Source: an uncultured Bacilli bacterium
Lineage (GTDB): Bacteria; Bacillota_I; Bacilli_A; RF39; UBA660
DNA: 64,000 nt
Assembly (NCBI GenBank): GCA_947629445.1
Contig: CANRDU010000005.1
Coordinates: 1,257 to 65,256, forward strand
Direction of reading: 5' to 3'
Of the stretch, positions 36,201 through 44,336 are shown one piece after another. Numbering within the stretch: the stretch's first letter is position 1; the number at the start of each line of letters is the position of its first letter. A program made the position numbers and the translations under genes. A model generated the notes under the pieces. It worked only from the letters and a program-made list of their open reading frames with translations. It searched no databases and was not told the origin of the DNA.

Positions 36201-37897
36201 ATCCTATTAAAAATGTAGATACGGGTTCTATTTTATCCAAAAGCATTCATATCGATAAACATATTGCTAAGAAAGAGACCGTTACGTTTGCTTTCATGTT
36301 AGGATGTGAAACTTCTTTAGAGGAAATTCGTAGACATGCAGATAGTTATCGTGATTTAGAATATGTCGAGAGAAAATATCAAGAGACCATTCGTTGGTGG
36401 GATGATAAATTAGGAAAGATTCAAGTAAGTACTCCAGATGATTCCTTCAACTTTATGGTAAATCATTGGTATTTATACCAGACGTTCGCATCTCGTATTA
36501 TGGCGAAATCAGGATTCTATCAAGTAGGAGGTGCTTTTGGATTTAGGGATCAATTACAAGACTCTATGAATGTTTGCTTATTGGATTCAGAAGCAACTCG
36601 TAAACAAATATTGATTTGTGCAAAACATCAGTTTAAAGAAGGAGACGTTCTCCATTGGTGGCATTCTGAAAATCATTTCGGACTTCGTTCTCGTTATAAA
36701 GACGATTATTTATGGTTGATATATGCTACGTTAGAATATGTAAGAATTACGGAAGATTATTCTATATTAGAAGAGCAAGTACCATTTGTAGTGGGAGATT
36801 TATTAGCGGATGATGAAGAAGAAAGAGGAATGACTTTCACTTATAGTGAAGAAACAGAAAGCTTATTTGATCATCTTAAAATTATCATGAATAGATTACT
36901 AGATTCTTTAGGAGATAATGGACTTCCACTTATCGGTGGTGGCGATTGGAACGATGGTATGAATCATGTTGGTATTCAAGGAAAGGGTACTAGTGTATGG
37001 CTTGGTTTCTTTGCTTATGAAGTAGTGGATAGATTTATAGAACTTGCTTCTCATCAAAAGGAAGATACAGCCATTTATCAAAAATTTAATGAAAATTTAA
37101 AAAATTCTTTACGCACCAATGCTTGGGATGGGGAATATTATCTACGTGCTTTCTTCGATAATGGCGACAAATTAGGAAGCAAAGATAATGAAGAATGCCA
37201 GATAGATTTAATCTCACAGAGTTGGGCAATTCTTACAGATATTGCTGATAATAATCAAATAAAGTCTATTGTTAAAAATGTGGAAAAATCCCTAGTCGAT
37301 GAAGAGCATGGTCTTATTAAACTATTGACACCGGCCTTCTCTAATTCTAAAAATAATCCAGGATATATTAAAGATTATGCGAAGGGAATTCGTGAAAATG
37401 GTGGTCAGTATACCCATTCTACCGCATGGTGGATTATGGCCCTTATTAAGTTAGGAATGAATGATCAAGCTTATCGTTACTATCAAATGATTAACCCTAT
37501 TCAACATACATTGACGAAGAAAAAGGTAGAAGAATATCAAGTAGAACCGTATGTCATTGCTGCAGATATTTATAGTAATCCGCATTTCCTAGGACATGGT
37601 GGATGGACTTGGTATACAGGTTCTAGTGGATGGTACTATCGTGTTGCGATTAATGATATTTTGGGCTTCCACAAAGTTGGTAATAAACTTTATTTATTGC
37701 CATCCATCCCTCTTAAATGGGAGAACTGTAAAATTACTTATCGTTATGAAGATACAACTTATATCATTAATATCAATAATTATAAAGCCAAATATGAACT
37801 TCGTTTAGATGGAAAAGTAGTCAAAGAAATTCCATTAGTAAACGATAAAAAGGTACACAATATTAACGTCAATATAGCTAAAAGAGGTGTAAAATGA
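30230..37897 (+). CDS. cyclic beta-1,2-glucan synthase-like multidomain protein (GT84-like glycosyltransferase, TM segments, glucoamylase-like middle domain, GH94 phosphorylase-like C-terminus)
   Basis: Start ATG 30230 follows AGGAGG. GT block VITLDQDTQL (nt 31838-52), HDLLEGNY, RRHRWARGDMQ. Multiple TM helices. PWGISEAAYN. GH94-type GGGDWNDGMN (DWND at nt 36944-55) and RENGGQYTHSTAWW. Confidence 0.8.
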   Translation: MRKYQKNFNKNKKIIASYYNTLTSLTQDHYYIGTVNEWIVDNYYLLVEQEKNAKNFLKNRKAYRHAFRGEVNLFEMMRKVLKRNKFKIDIDTLIKELNRYQDNFNHNFTYHEINAIGIVTYLVLMDELVKVCKKEEEKLKEEFAVKELIEAIENDIHKYHEVNLQDYINLDENIVHRPVYLERLNAGLKELGQLSNEVFKQLNEILDRKQINLNELIENVYQESAQTNMLVSNIFNSIVKINKIEIEVLYRKVSKTEYVLLMDSYYGQMTKETKAYYRQRVLECANKKHISEYEYVKELIAVATKENKHIGFYLQKREPVQARAVIYVLLVAFLTFALSIFLAQFFIGMKILGTLVLLVPVSEIVIEILNRCYLKFYGPTPIPKLDFSDGIPKSAATMTVIVTIVKTVEKVEKMFDTLESYYLANKSDNLYFTLLGDCSSSDHQIEPFDDEILEAGKKRAEKLNQKYGKDIFYFAYRKRVFNESEGEWLGHERKRGALEHFNRLLLGKLPEAEQRQYYMGHTFANFDKKIKYVITLDQDTQLILGAAFSLVGAMAHPLNRPVLNEEHTKVIKGYGIMQPRVSVDVESTNQSLYTQIYAGIGGYDIYNKVVPNFYQDVFKEGSFWGKGIYDLEVFDQVLTGLFPNNQILSHDLLEGNYIRCAFLSDVEVIDDFPSTFLVDSTRRHRWARGDMQIASWLNPKKSPLTLIERWKIFDNIRRGLLDASLLLVLILAFLFGTSLPAWWILFVTAVLILPILFYIKDKLKIQKERTLKIKHYQNIAYGFKAVFIRTFSIFSALPYNAKLYLDAFIRAWYRLHVSHKHLLAWITADDASKNTKNTFISYLVNFKVNYFVSAILIVLVYIFRREYSSLAFAISLVFFISSLIFYLISKDIVRNSKKLAKKETDDLRQIAKDTWDFYETFLTEENNYLIIDNYQLNREIKEDVKTSPTNIGFSLMAAISAAELKFISYEEAVYTIEKIIETVERLEKWHGHLYNWYNVKTLERMWPPTISTVDSGNFVASLMVTKSFIKKYGNENLKNRIENLIRQTNFKYLFNKNEMVFSCGYDAYSEQLIPFHYNKFASESRLTSFVAIAKGDVKKSHWFLLDKTLTTYQGRKGLLSWSGTSFEYFMPLIWMKAYPNTLMDESYYFAHYCQKEYMRSIDSEMPWGISEAAYNLLDDSQNYKYKAFGTPYLKFRDNSEERIVLSPYGSVLAITEFPRDVYHNIQKFKKLKMYGQFGFFESYDYEDKTPIFSYFAHHQGMILCSLTNYLAGNAIQNYFYDDIRVQSFDVLNKEKVQIEPMIDLKIVKYKKYDYEKEIFENDIREYSYLSQRPEVSVLSNSRYCILLNDRGAGFSRYKTIQLNRYRKITEQEYGNFLYIRDLENNKVWSNTYVPTNVKPDRYHVVFALDRIRYMRVDNDIVTNSEIIVTKRHNAEIRKISFRNVSSKTKKLELTTYTEPILCERDADIGHRVFNNLFVKSMYDNDTNSLILSRRIRGTRDRFYMVNRLWIEKPLDDYSYETERSHFIDKENGYHNPLGLHKKLSNYVGENIDPIASIRNRIEIPPQKEVTIYMISGFGKSEEQVLSIVNAYANEEMIEEAFSLATIMVNSATKKLGVTGSDVHLYNTMLNYLYQTSRINLNDTRKKLLSQNSLGQDTLWSFGISGDRPIILVEMNDISSVSLAQELLKAFEYYKSKCIFVDLVIINSEDKASSKTIAKIVNDELYRMYAVNSFSNTPGRVVLIEKSKMTEDQLNLFRSIARLSFNTIYNNSLREQIDILQRENQINDYEEKEYLTSENTNTDEELIYDNGYGGFTKDGKEYHITNPNTPLPWSNVLTNGSFGSIITNNDNGFTYAHNSREYKITSWTNDTLVDDKSEGIKINDRQVNWYDAIHGIGYSTFKFKNKEMKMEVTYFVPPDENVKIAIYTIKNIANKDLDLDICYWINPVLGVSEEKTVRHLVCNHYELNNFLTIQNKYAMNFKDNIVYMTSTDPIKNVDTGSILSKSIHIDKHIAKKETVTFAFMLGCETSLEEIRRHADSYRDLEYVERKYQETIRWWDDKLGKIQVSTPDDSFNFMVNHWYLYQTFASRIMAKSGFYQVGGAFGFRDQLQDSMNVCLLDSEATRKQILICAKHQFKEGDVLHWWHSENHFGLRSRYKDDYLWLIYATLEYVRITEDYSILEEQVPFVVGDLLADDEEERGMTFTYSEETESLFDHLKIIMNRLLDSLGDNGLPLIGGGDWNDGMNHVGIQGKGTSVWLGFFAYEVVDRFIELASHQKEDTAIYQKFNENLKNSLRTNAWDGEYYLRAFFDNGDKLGSKDNEECQIDLISQSWAILTDIADNNQIKSIVKNVEKSLVDEEHGLIKLLTPAFSNSKNNPGYIKDYAKGIRENGGQYTHSTAWWIMALIKLGMNDQAYRYYQMINPIQHTLTKKKVEEYQVEPYVIAADIYSNPHFLGHGGWTWYTGSSGWYYRVAINDILGFHKVGNKLYLLPSIPLKWENCKITYRYEDTTYIININNYKAKYELRLDGKVVKEIPLVNDKKVHNINVNIAKRGVK

Positions 37898-39075
37898 TTA
37901 CTTTTGATTTAAAAACGTATCAATATAAAAAATTGAATGACTTTGATTTATCAAACATAAAAGAAACATTTTTGAAAGATCATCCGATGGGTGGATGGTA
38001 TGATTTAAGGAAAGATGATATCAAGGAAATTCAAGAAGTTGCCAGTACCATTCGTAAGAGTTGTGAGGTATTCTTAGTCATAGGGATTGGCGGATCTTAT
38101 ATGGGTGCGAAAGCAGTTATTGATGCGATGATGCCTTACTATGGAAAAAAGCCGGTAGAAGTAATTTTTGCTGGATATCAATTATCAACGGATTATCTTT
38201 TAGAACTAAAAGAGTATTTAAAAGATAAAGAGGTAATGGTTAACGTTATTTCCAAAAGTGGAACTACTTTAGAACCAGCCATTGCTTTTCAAGAAGTACT
38301 ATCATGGATGGAAGAAAAATATGGCGAAGGTGCTAAAGATAGAATCTTTGCTACCACCGATGCCAAAACAGGGACACTTCTTGCTTTAGCGAAAGAAAAA
38401 GGATTTAAAACATTTGTGGTACCAGATGATATTGGAGGACGGTTTTCCGTTCTGACACCAGTTGGACTTCTTCCTATTGCTGTTGCTGGCTTTGATATCG
38501 AAGAATTATTTATAGGTGCTTCTAAGGCGAAAGAAAATTTGGAAGATTGTTATTATTATAGTAAGTTACGTGATGAATTATATCAGGAAGGAAAAGTAGT
38601 GGAATCTTTTGATTTCTATGAACCGAAATTAGCATCCTTTGCCGAATGGCTAAAACAATTATTTGGAGAATCTCAAGGAAAAGAAGGAAAGGGAATTCTA
38701 CCTGTTTCTACCATCAATACGAGAGATCTTCATTCATTAGGGCAATATTACCAAGAAGGAAAGGATATTTTGTTTTCTACTTGTATCTTTGCTCATTCCA
38801 ATCAATCATTATATTTGGAGGAATATCATAAAACCTTGGATGAGGTAAATGAATTAGCGATGGAAAGTGTTGCGCAAGCACACTATGAAGGTCATTTACC
38901 AACTTCTATTATTCGCATGGATAAAATTTCTTTGGAGAATTTAGGATATTTAATTTTCTTCTTTGAAATGAGTGCGATGTTGGGAGGATATTTATTAAAT
39001 ATTCGATATTATGATCAACCAGGGGTGAATGGATATAAAGATATTCTTCATAAAAAAATAAAAGAAGATAGATAG
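37894..39075 (+). CDS. pgi: glucose-6-phosphate isomerase (short form, 393 aa)
   Basis: VIGIGGSYMGAKAV, ISKSGTTLEP, GGRFSVLTPVGLLP, DQPGVNGYK. Its ATG overlaps the upstream stop (ATGA). Confidence 0.9.
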   Translation: MITFDLKTYQYKKLNDFDLSNIKETFLKDHPMGGWYDLRKDDIKEIQEVASTIRKSCEVFLVIGIGGSYMGAKAVIDAMMPYYGKKPVEVIFAGYQLSTDYLLELKEYLKDKEVMVNVISKSGTTLEPAIAFQEVLSWMEEKYGEGAKDRIFATTDAKTGTLLALAKEKGFKTFVVPDDIGGRFSVLTPVGLLPIAVAGFDIEELFIGASKAKENLEDCYYYSKLRDELYQEGKVVESFDFYEPKLASFAEWLKQLFGESQGKEGKGILPVSTINTRDLHSLGQYYQEGKDILFSTCIFAHSNQSLYLEEYHKTLDEVNELAMESVAQAHYEGHLPTSIIRMDKISLENLGYLIFFFEMSAMLGGYLLNIRYYDQPGVNGYKDILHKKIKEDR

Positions 39076-39089
39076 TTATCTTCTTTTTT
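39062..39089 (+). terminator. intrinsic terminator of pgi
   Basis: AAGAAGATA / TATCTTCTT stem followed by a T-run. It overlaps the pgi stop codon. Confidence 0.7.
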
Positions 39090-39097
39090 GATATAAT
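39089..39097 (+). promoter_or_regulatory. extended -10 (TGATATAAT)
   Basis: TGn-TATAAT upstream of the nitroreductase gene. Confidence 0.5.
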
Positions 39098-39169
39098 GAT
39101 AATAGAAGTGAGATAGATATTCGACAAAAAGTATCGATTTCTACTGATATGATGAAATTAGGTGATATT

Positions 39170-39697
39170 ATGGAATTACAAGAAGCGATAGCAGCAAGAA
39201 GAAGTATTCGTAAGTATGAAAAAAAAGATGTTCCAGAAGATTTACTAGAGAAACTCATTTATGCGGCTACTTTAGCGCCTTCTGGACACAATCGTCAACC
39301 TTGGCAATTTCAAATTATTAAAGGCGAATTAAAGGATAAAATAGCGGATACTTTGCTTAAGAAGACCGAAAATATTCCTGCTTCTACCGCACCCCATACA
39401 GCCGGTATTATAAAAGAAGCTCCCGTATTAATTGCGGTTTATTTAACCGAGAATAATGAAGAAAATTATTTATATGATATTCTTTCTATCGGTGGAGCGA
39501 TTGAGAATATGCTTCTTACGGCTACCAGTTTAGGATTAGGAAGTTTGTGGATTGGAAATACCAGTCATATTGAGGAAGAATTAAAAGATATATTACATAC
39601 GGATTATCGGGTTGCTTCTACCGTTGCAATTGGTTATCCTTTGCAGAATCCTCATGCGAGACCTAGAAAACCATTAGAAGAAGTATTACGAAAGTAA
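39170..39697 (+). CDS. nitroreductase-family protein
   Basis: MELQEAIAARRSIRKY N-terminal signature, PSGHNRQPW, and the C-terminal pattern GLGSLWIG...VAIGYP. Confidence 0.85.
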   Translation: MELQEAIAARRSIRKYEKKDVPEDLLEKLIYAATLAPSGHNRQPWQFQIIKGELKDKIADTLLKKTENIPASTAPHTAGIIKEAPVLIAVYLTENNEENYLYDILSIGGAIENMLLTATSLGLGSLWIGNTSHIEEELKDILHTDYRVASTVAIGYPLQNPHARPRKPLEEVLRK

Positions 39698-39723
39698 ATT
39701 GGAAAAGAAAGGGATGAATTTTC

Positions 39724-40383
39724 ATGGAAATGAATATCTTAACGTTGAAGGATGATAAAACAAAATCAAGATATTTAGAAGTCAAAACAAGACCTAAAAA
39801 TAAACAAGTGAGTCTTGCTTGTTCTTCCATGTTAGTATCTTTAGCTTGTATCAATATTTCTAAAGAAAAACAGTCATTTCAAGGCTTTGTACAAGACTTT
39901 TTAGAAGCCCTAGGAAGTTGCAAGGATGAAAAAGATTTGGAAGAGTTACGTTCCTTCATGCAAGAATTATCTCAAACTATGGAGGTTGCCCGTGAATTTT
40001 ATCAACAGTTTGAGAAGACTATCTCTTTAAAAGGGATAGAGTTTGCTCGTCAAAAATTAAGAGAAATCTCTAAACAATATGATACTTTTGAAGAAGAAAA
40101 GAAACCTTTAGAAGTGGTAGTAGAATTCGAACAAAAATTACAAAAATGCACTTTAGAATTGCAGGATATAGAGCAATCTTTAATCTTGGAAGAAGATACT
40201 CTTTATGATTTACTATATTGTTTTAGAAATTTGGAAAAAAATTTACAAGAGATTCGACCTCCTGCCGTAAATAGGGAAAGGTACCTTGAATATCAAAATC
40301 AGATTCAACAGTCTCTTCAAAAACTAAAAAAATGGATTGCTTCAATCGATGGAGTAGAAGGTTCACTTGCTAAAGCTTTTTAG
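39724..40383 (+). CDS. hypothetical coiled-coil protein
   Basis: ORF with an AAAGGGATGA RBS. E/K/Q/L-rich heptad-like sequence. Confidence 0.5.
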   Translation: MEMNILTLKDDKTKSRYLEVKTRPKNKQVSLACSSMLVSLACINISKEKQSFQGFVQDFLEALGSCKDEKDLEELRSFMQELSQTMEVAREFYQQFEKTISLKGIEFARQKLREISKQYDTFEEEKKPLEVVVEFEQKLQKCTLELQDIEQSLILEEDTLYDLLYCFRNLEKNLQEIRPPAVNRERYLEYQNQIQQSLQKLKKWIASIDGVEGSLAKAF

Positions 40384-40570
40384 CAAGTTTTTTAATTCGT
40401 TTGTAAAGTGTGAATGGATATATTTTATGAATTTATTACTTATTGATATTATAAAATAAATAAATATAAGGCTTGTAAAAAATAGAGTAAACATACAATT
40501 TGACATCGCTAATAGATTATGTTACGATAGGACTTGCTTTCCCAAAACAAGAAGGATGAGGTGACTTATA

Positions 40571-41239
40571 GTGAAAGCAAGCCTAAGGGTAATAGCAATT
40601 ACTGCTTTAACAGTAGCGGATGTTATTATCGGAGGAATTATTATTAATGACGATATTCGTAAGGATTCTAAAATGCAAAATAGAGCCGTCATGCCTATCG
40701 TCGAGCCATTAGAACTAGCCGAAGTAGATCTAGTGGTAGCAAAAGAGGCAAATATTGAAGAGGAGGAACCAAAAGAAATAGAATCTACCCCTGAGGAATT
40801 ACCGGTTGTAGAGGAAAAGGAAGAAGAAAAAGTTGTCTATGCAGGGATGACTTTGCAAGAATTAGGTGATAAGTTAGATCGCTCCTTAAATGATACGATA
40901 GCGGGTAAAGGATATTTAATTGCTTCTTATGCATTAGAAAAAAAGGTAGATCCTTATATCGCAACAGCTATTATGTTGTTGGAAACAGGATGTACTTGGC
41001 ATTGTAGTAATTTAGTCACAAAATGTAATAATGTCGGTGGTCAAGTAGGATCAGGATGTGGATCTTATCGATCTTTTCCAACATTAGAAGCTGGAATTAA
41101 AGGATTTATTGATAACCTATCCAAAAATTATTTTGCAAAAGGACTAGATACGCCAGAAGAAATTAACAAAAAATATGCTACCGATAAAAGTTGGTACAAA
41201 AAAGTTAATTCTTACATAAAAAAAATAAAGAATAAATAA
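40571..41239 (+). CDS. membrane-anchored glucosaminidase-domain peptidoglycan hydrolase
   Basis: GTG start with a GAGGTGA RBS. N-terminal TM. Acidic linker. IATAIMLLETGCTWHCSNLVTKCNNVGG matches the glucosaminidase/FlgJ-type catalytic block. Confidence 0.65.
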   Translation: MKASLRVIAITALTVADVIIGGIIINDDIRKDSKMQNRAVMPIVEPLELAEVDLVVAKEANIEEEEPKEIESTPEELPVVEEKEEEKVVYAGMTLQELGDKLDRSLNDTIAGKGYLIASYALEKKVDPYIATAIMLLETGCTWHCSNLVTKCNNVGGQVGSGCGSYRSFPTLEAGIKGFIDNLSKNYFAKGLDTPEEINKKYATDKSWYKKVNSYIKKIKNK

Positions 41240-41248
41240 GAGAACGTA

Positions 41249-41275
41249 AGTAGTGGCATTAGCCACTACTTTTTA
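41249..41275 (+). terminator. intrinsic terminator
   Basis: AAGTAGTGGC / GCCACTACTT stem with loop ATTA, followed by a T-run. Confidence 0.8.
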
Positions 41276-41329
41276 GTGAGGGAACTATCTTAATACCTGA
41301 TTTTTTGTTATAATAATAATGGTGATAGT

Positions 41330-41887
41330 ATGAGTTGGTTTAAGACAAAGCAAGAAATAAACTCGCAGACAATGACTTCTATGGTTTACCAATCTGTAAG
41401 AGTAAGAACAGGGGAAATGGAGCCACTTTTAGATAGAGCAGGAGTAGTTTATGATCCACTAGAAAATCAATTGGTTATTATGGGAATTAATTATGAAATT
41501 CTTCATTGGGAGTTAAAAAAAGGAAATCCGAAAGATGTAGTAGAAAAAGTAATAGAGGGGGCATATCAGAGGTTTTATAGTTCTTTAAATATTGATCAGA
41601 CAAGAATTTTAGAATATCAACAGATTATGAACAATGCCAAAAAGAAAGCGGATGATATTTTATTTGTCCACTTTGGTCAAAAAGTTCCGAAAAATGTTTT
41701 AATTTTTAAGTTGCTTTTGGAATTAGAAGATATCAATGAAAGCATTATCGATCCTTCTAGTAGAAAAGAGATGGAACTATTGATAGATGGCTGGTTTCAG
41801 GTTGCGAAAGCTATTAATGATGAATATAAAATTGTGGATACGAAAGATGATTTAGAAAGAAACAAACCAATTGACTTTGATTTTTAG
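41330..41887 (+). CDS. hypothetical protein
   Basis: 185-aa ORF with a GGTGAT RBS. No motif recognised. Confidence 0.5.
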   Translation: MSWFKTKQEINSQTMTSMVYQSVRVRTGEMEPLLDRAGVVYDPLENQLVIMGINYEILHWELKKGNPKDVVEKVIEGAYQRFYSSLNIDQTRILEYQQIMNNAKKKADDILFVHFGQKVPKNVLIFKLLLELEDINESIIDPSSRKEMELLIDGWFQVAKAINDEYKIVDTKDDLERNKPIDFDF

Positions 41888-41915
41888 GAAAAAACTATAT
41901 TTTCCTTAAAAAATA

Positions 41916-41924
41916 TGCTATAAT
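41916..41924 (+). promoter_or_regulatory. extended -10 (TGCTATAAT)
   Basis: It overlaps the ATG at 41923 in the ORF track, which argues for the downstream start at 41950. Confidence 0.5.
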
Positions 41925-41949
41925 GTGGATAATAATGGAGGTTATCGTA

Positions 41950-42348
41950 ATGCATGAGTCATTAAAGAATGTAGAATTTGAGGTATTATGGGAAGGAAAG
42001 CCATCTGGATTGTGGCAGAGATTCCTAACAATGATTCATTTAAATTTTACTACGTACCAAATAACGAAAGATGAACTAATAACAACTACGGGTTTCTTTA
42101 GAAAAAAAACAAATACCGTAGAACTATATATGCTAAAAGATCCTGACTCAACAGAATCTTTATATCAAAGAATTTTAGGAATTGGAACTATTTCAGTAGT
42201 CGTGGATACTCATGGTACTACGGAAAGACAGGGAACCAAGGTTTGGCTTAGGAATGTAACGGAACCGGCCAAAGTAAGAAAACTATTACGTGATGCAATA
42301 GAAGCAGATGTTATGGAAAGAAAGATAACTTATTTCGATAAAATATAA
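41950..42348 (+). CDS. bacterial PH-domain (bPH_2/YdbS-like) protein, soluble
   Basis: YQITKDELITTTGFFRKKTNTVELYMLKDPDSTESLYQRILGIGTISV matches the bPH pattern. GGAGG lies 8 nt before ATG 41950. Confidence 0.6.
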   Translation: MHESLKNVEFEVLWEGKPSGLWQRFLTMIHLNFTTYQITKDELITTTGFFRKKTNTVELYMLKDPDSTESLYQRILGIGTISVVVDTHGTTERQGTKVWLRNVTEPAKVRKLLRDAIEADVMERKITYFDKI

Positions 42349-42365
42349 GATAGTTGGTGATATTT

Positions 42366-42701
42366 ATGGGTAGAAAGGCAGAAGCAGTAGAATTAATTAA
42401 TAAAAAATTGGCAGGTCAAAGTTTTTTGTCATACCAAGAAATTGCCACTATTACGGGATATCACCCAAAATATATTTTAAAATTGAAGAAAGAAATTCTT
42501 CACAATGAGATTCATTTAGAACATGGAAATAAAAATAGGAAACCAGTTAATACCATAACAGAGCAAGAAAAAAAATATATCGTGGATTTATATAGAAGAT
42601 CAAATGTCAGCATCCGCAAATTTTGTAAATTCTATGGGAAACGTAGTTATTCTTGCATCTATAATGTATTAAAAGAGGCGGATTTAATTCATCGAAATTA
42701 A
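42366..42701 (+). CDS. small putative HTH protein
   Basis: SYQEIATITGYHPKYILKLKKE and SIRKFCKFYGKRSYSCIYNVLKE HTH-like segments. GGTGAT RBS. Confidence 0.45.
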   Translation: MGRKAEAVELINKKLAGQSFLSYQEIATITGYHPKYILKLKKEILHNEIHLEHGNKNRKPVNTITEQEKKYIVDLYRRSNVSIRKFCKFYGKRSYSCIYNVLKEADLIHRN

Positions 42702-42729
42702 AGATTTCTTTTAAGAAATCTTTTTTTAT
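42701..42729 (+). terminator. intrinsic terminator
   Basis: AAGATTTCTT / AAGAAATCTT stem followed by T6. Confidence 0.65.
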
Positions 42730-42739
42730 AGGAGGTATT

Positions 42740-44269
42740 ATGAATACTTATTTAGAACAGTTAAAACAAAAAATTCTTTCGGAAGTGAATCCTGAATGGA
42801 ATAAAGATGAGATATTACGTTTCGTTTATATTAGAGCAGGAAAAAAGTTGCAAAAAAATTTTGTCTTCTTCTATAGTTTAGGTGGAAGATTACAAGATCA
42901 AGGTCTTAGTTACGAAGAATTGAGAAGAAAATATGAATACGATGAAGTAGAAGCGAATGAAATGATTTGTAAATCCACTACTTATTTTTTAAAGAGTATT
43001 TATGATGAACTAGGGATAGAAACAAAGGTAATGCAGTCTACTATCTTTCAAAAAATTTCGGATACAGATACGAACCAATCTTTTGATTTATATCATTATT
43101 TTTTATGTGCAACGGGCGAGGAAGGAAAAAAGTATTTTTTAACGTTATCTTCTGATTTTATGAATATTCAAAATAATTTTCAAACGCAACATTTTGCAAG
43201 TAAATTGGACTATCAACAGCGTCCTATTAATGGTGTATCATCCATTGCTTATCAAGGAGAAGAAATTCATGAGACAGTACTTAGTAATGATGAATTAGCG
43301 GCATTAGATAGAAAAATTGGATATCTACCTAGGTTTCGCAATATCGGTTCTTCAACAATGACCATATCCGATTTTGTCTATTACGAAAATGGAGTAATTT
43401 TAGAATCTATCGCACTAGAAAATAGTCCTTATATCTATGAAAAAATACGTAGTGAAATGACTACACCGAGAGGATATATACAGTATTTAGCGCGGAATTC
43501 TGAATTTTATCAAGAGTCTTTTACATTTGTGAATTCTAAAGGGAAACAAATTTCTTTTAATGAGACAAAATTGAGTGAATGCACAGAAGAAGATTTAGAA
43601 GATTGGCGTCATTACATGGATGAAAGAATTACATTACAAGATTCAAAACAAAAGCAGGATTGCTTTATGAGAATTAACATTATGTATCACCATTTTCTAG
43701 AAATTCGCAATATTTGTCTACAAATTGAGAATATGCCTCCTTCTAAAGAGAGAAATAAAAAAATGGCAGAAGTAAAACGGAAACGTACCTCAGCCTATAA
43801 ATTGTTAGAGATGATATCGTATTATTTTGTAGATGATGATTTGAAAGATAAGAAAAAAGACATGGAGTATACAACGAAATATTTACAACACCGTTTCGAA
43901 ACAATTTTTGCCGATTTTATGATGTTTAATAAAGAAGAACCTTCCATGCTATCTAGGTGTAATGGGGTTGCGGAAAAAATAGAATTAATTGATAAAGTGT
44001 TAATAGATTTTTTTGGTGGTAATATTTTTTCTAAAAGAGATAGAGATGCTCATTTAGGCAGAAGTGTTTCCTATAATCCAGAGACAAGAGAATATCAACT
44101 ATTCTTTCATATTAATTCAGAAATATATTACCTTTTAAACTTAGATACAGGGAAATTAGAAATTGTTCCGGATGTATTAGAGACAATCTCTAATCAACCT
44201 CATATCTTTGTAGATGAAATTTTTAGGAATCAAATTTTAGATATTGAGGAAAGTTCCTTTCAAAAATAA
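42740..44269 (+). CDS. hypothetical protein, possible transglutaminase-like N-terminal core
   Basis: TAGGAGGT RBS. EMICKSTTYFLKSIYDELGIETKV ... DLYHYFLCATGEEGKKYFLTLSSD (Cys, His and Asp spacing). Confidence 0.4.
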   Translation: MNTYLEQLKQKILSEVNPEWNKDEILRFVYIRAGKKLQKNFVFFYSLGGRLQDQGLSYEELRRKYEYDEVEANEMICKSTTYFLKSIYDELGIETKVMQSTIFQKISDTDTNQSFDLYHYFLCATGEEGKKYFLTLSSDFMNIQNNFQTQHFASKLDYQQRPINGVSSIAYQGEEIHETVLSNDELAALDRKIGYLPRFRNIGSSTMTISDFVYYENGVILESIALENSPYIYEKIRSEMTTPRGYIQYLARNSEFYQESFTFVNSKGKQISFNETKLSECTEEDLEDWRHYMDERITLQDSKQKQDCFMRINIMYHHFLEIRNICLQIENMPPSKERNKKMAEVKRKRTSAYKLLEMISYYFVDDDLKDKKKDMEYTTKYLQHRFETIFADFMMFNKEEPSMLSRCNGVAEKIELIDKVLIDFFGGNIFSKRDRDAHLGRSVSYNPETREYQLFFHINSEIYYLLNLDTGKLEIVPDVLETISNQPHIFVDEIFRNQILDIEESSFQK

Positions 44270-44279
44270 ACTACAAGTA

Positions 44280-44315
44280 AAAAGATTGTACTTTGCGTGT
44301 CTAGTACAATCTTTT
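44280..44315. terminator. bidirectional terminator
   Basis: 12-bp stem AAAAGATTGTAC / GTACAATCTTTT. Confidence 0.75.
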
Positions 44316-44336
44316 ATTATGTATTCATAGAATTTT

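Noticed and set aside
40384-40570. 187-bp AT-rich gap before the glucosaminidase gene, considered for an ncRNA or riboswitch
   Set aside because: It contains only a plausible promoter (TTGACA-17-TACGAT) and a short leader. I saw no stable conserved-looking structure or terminator-like hairpin.
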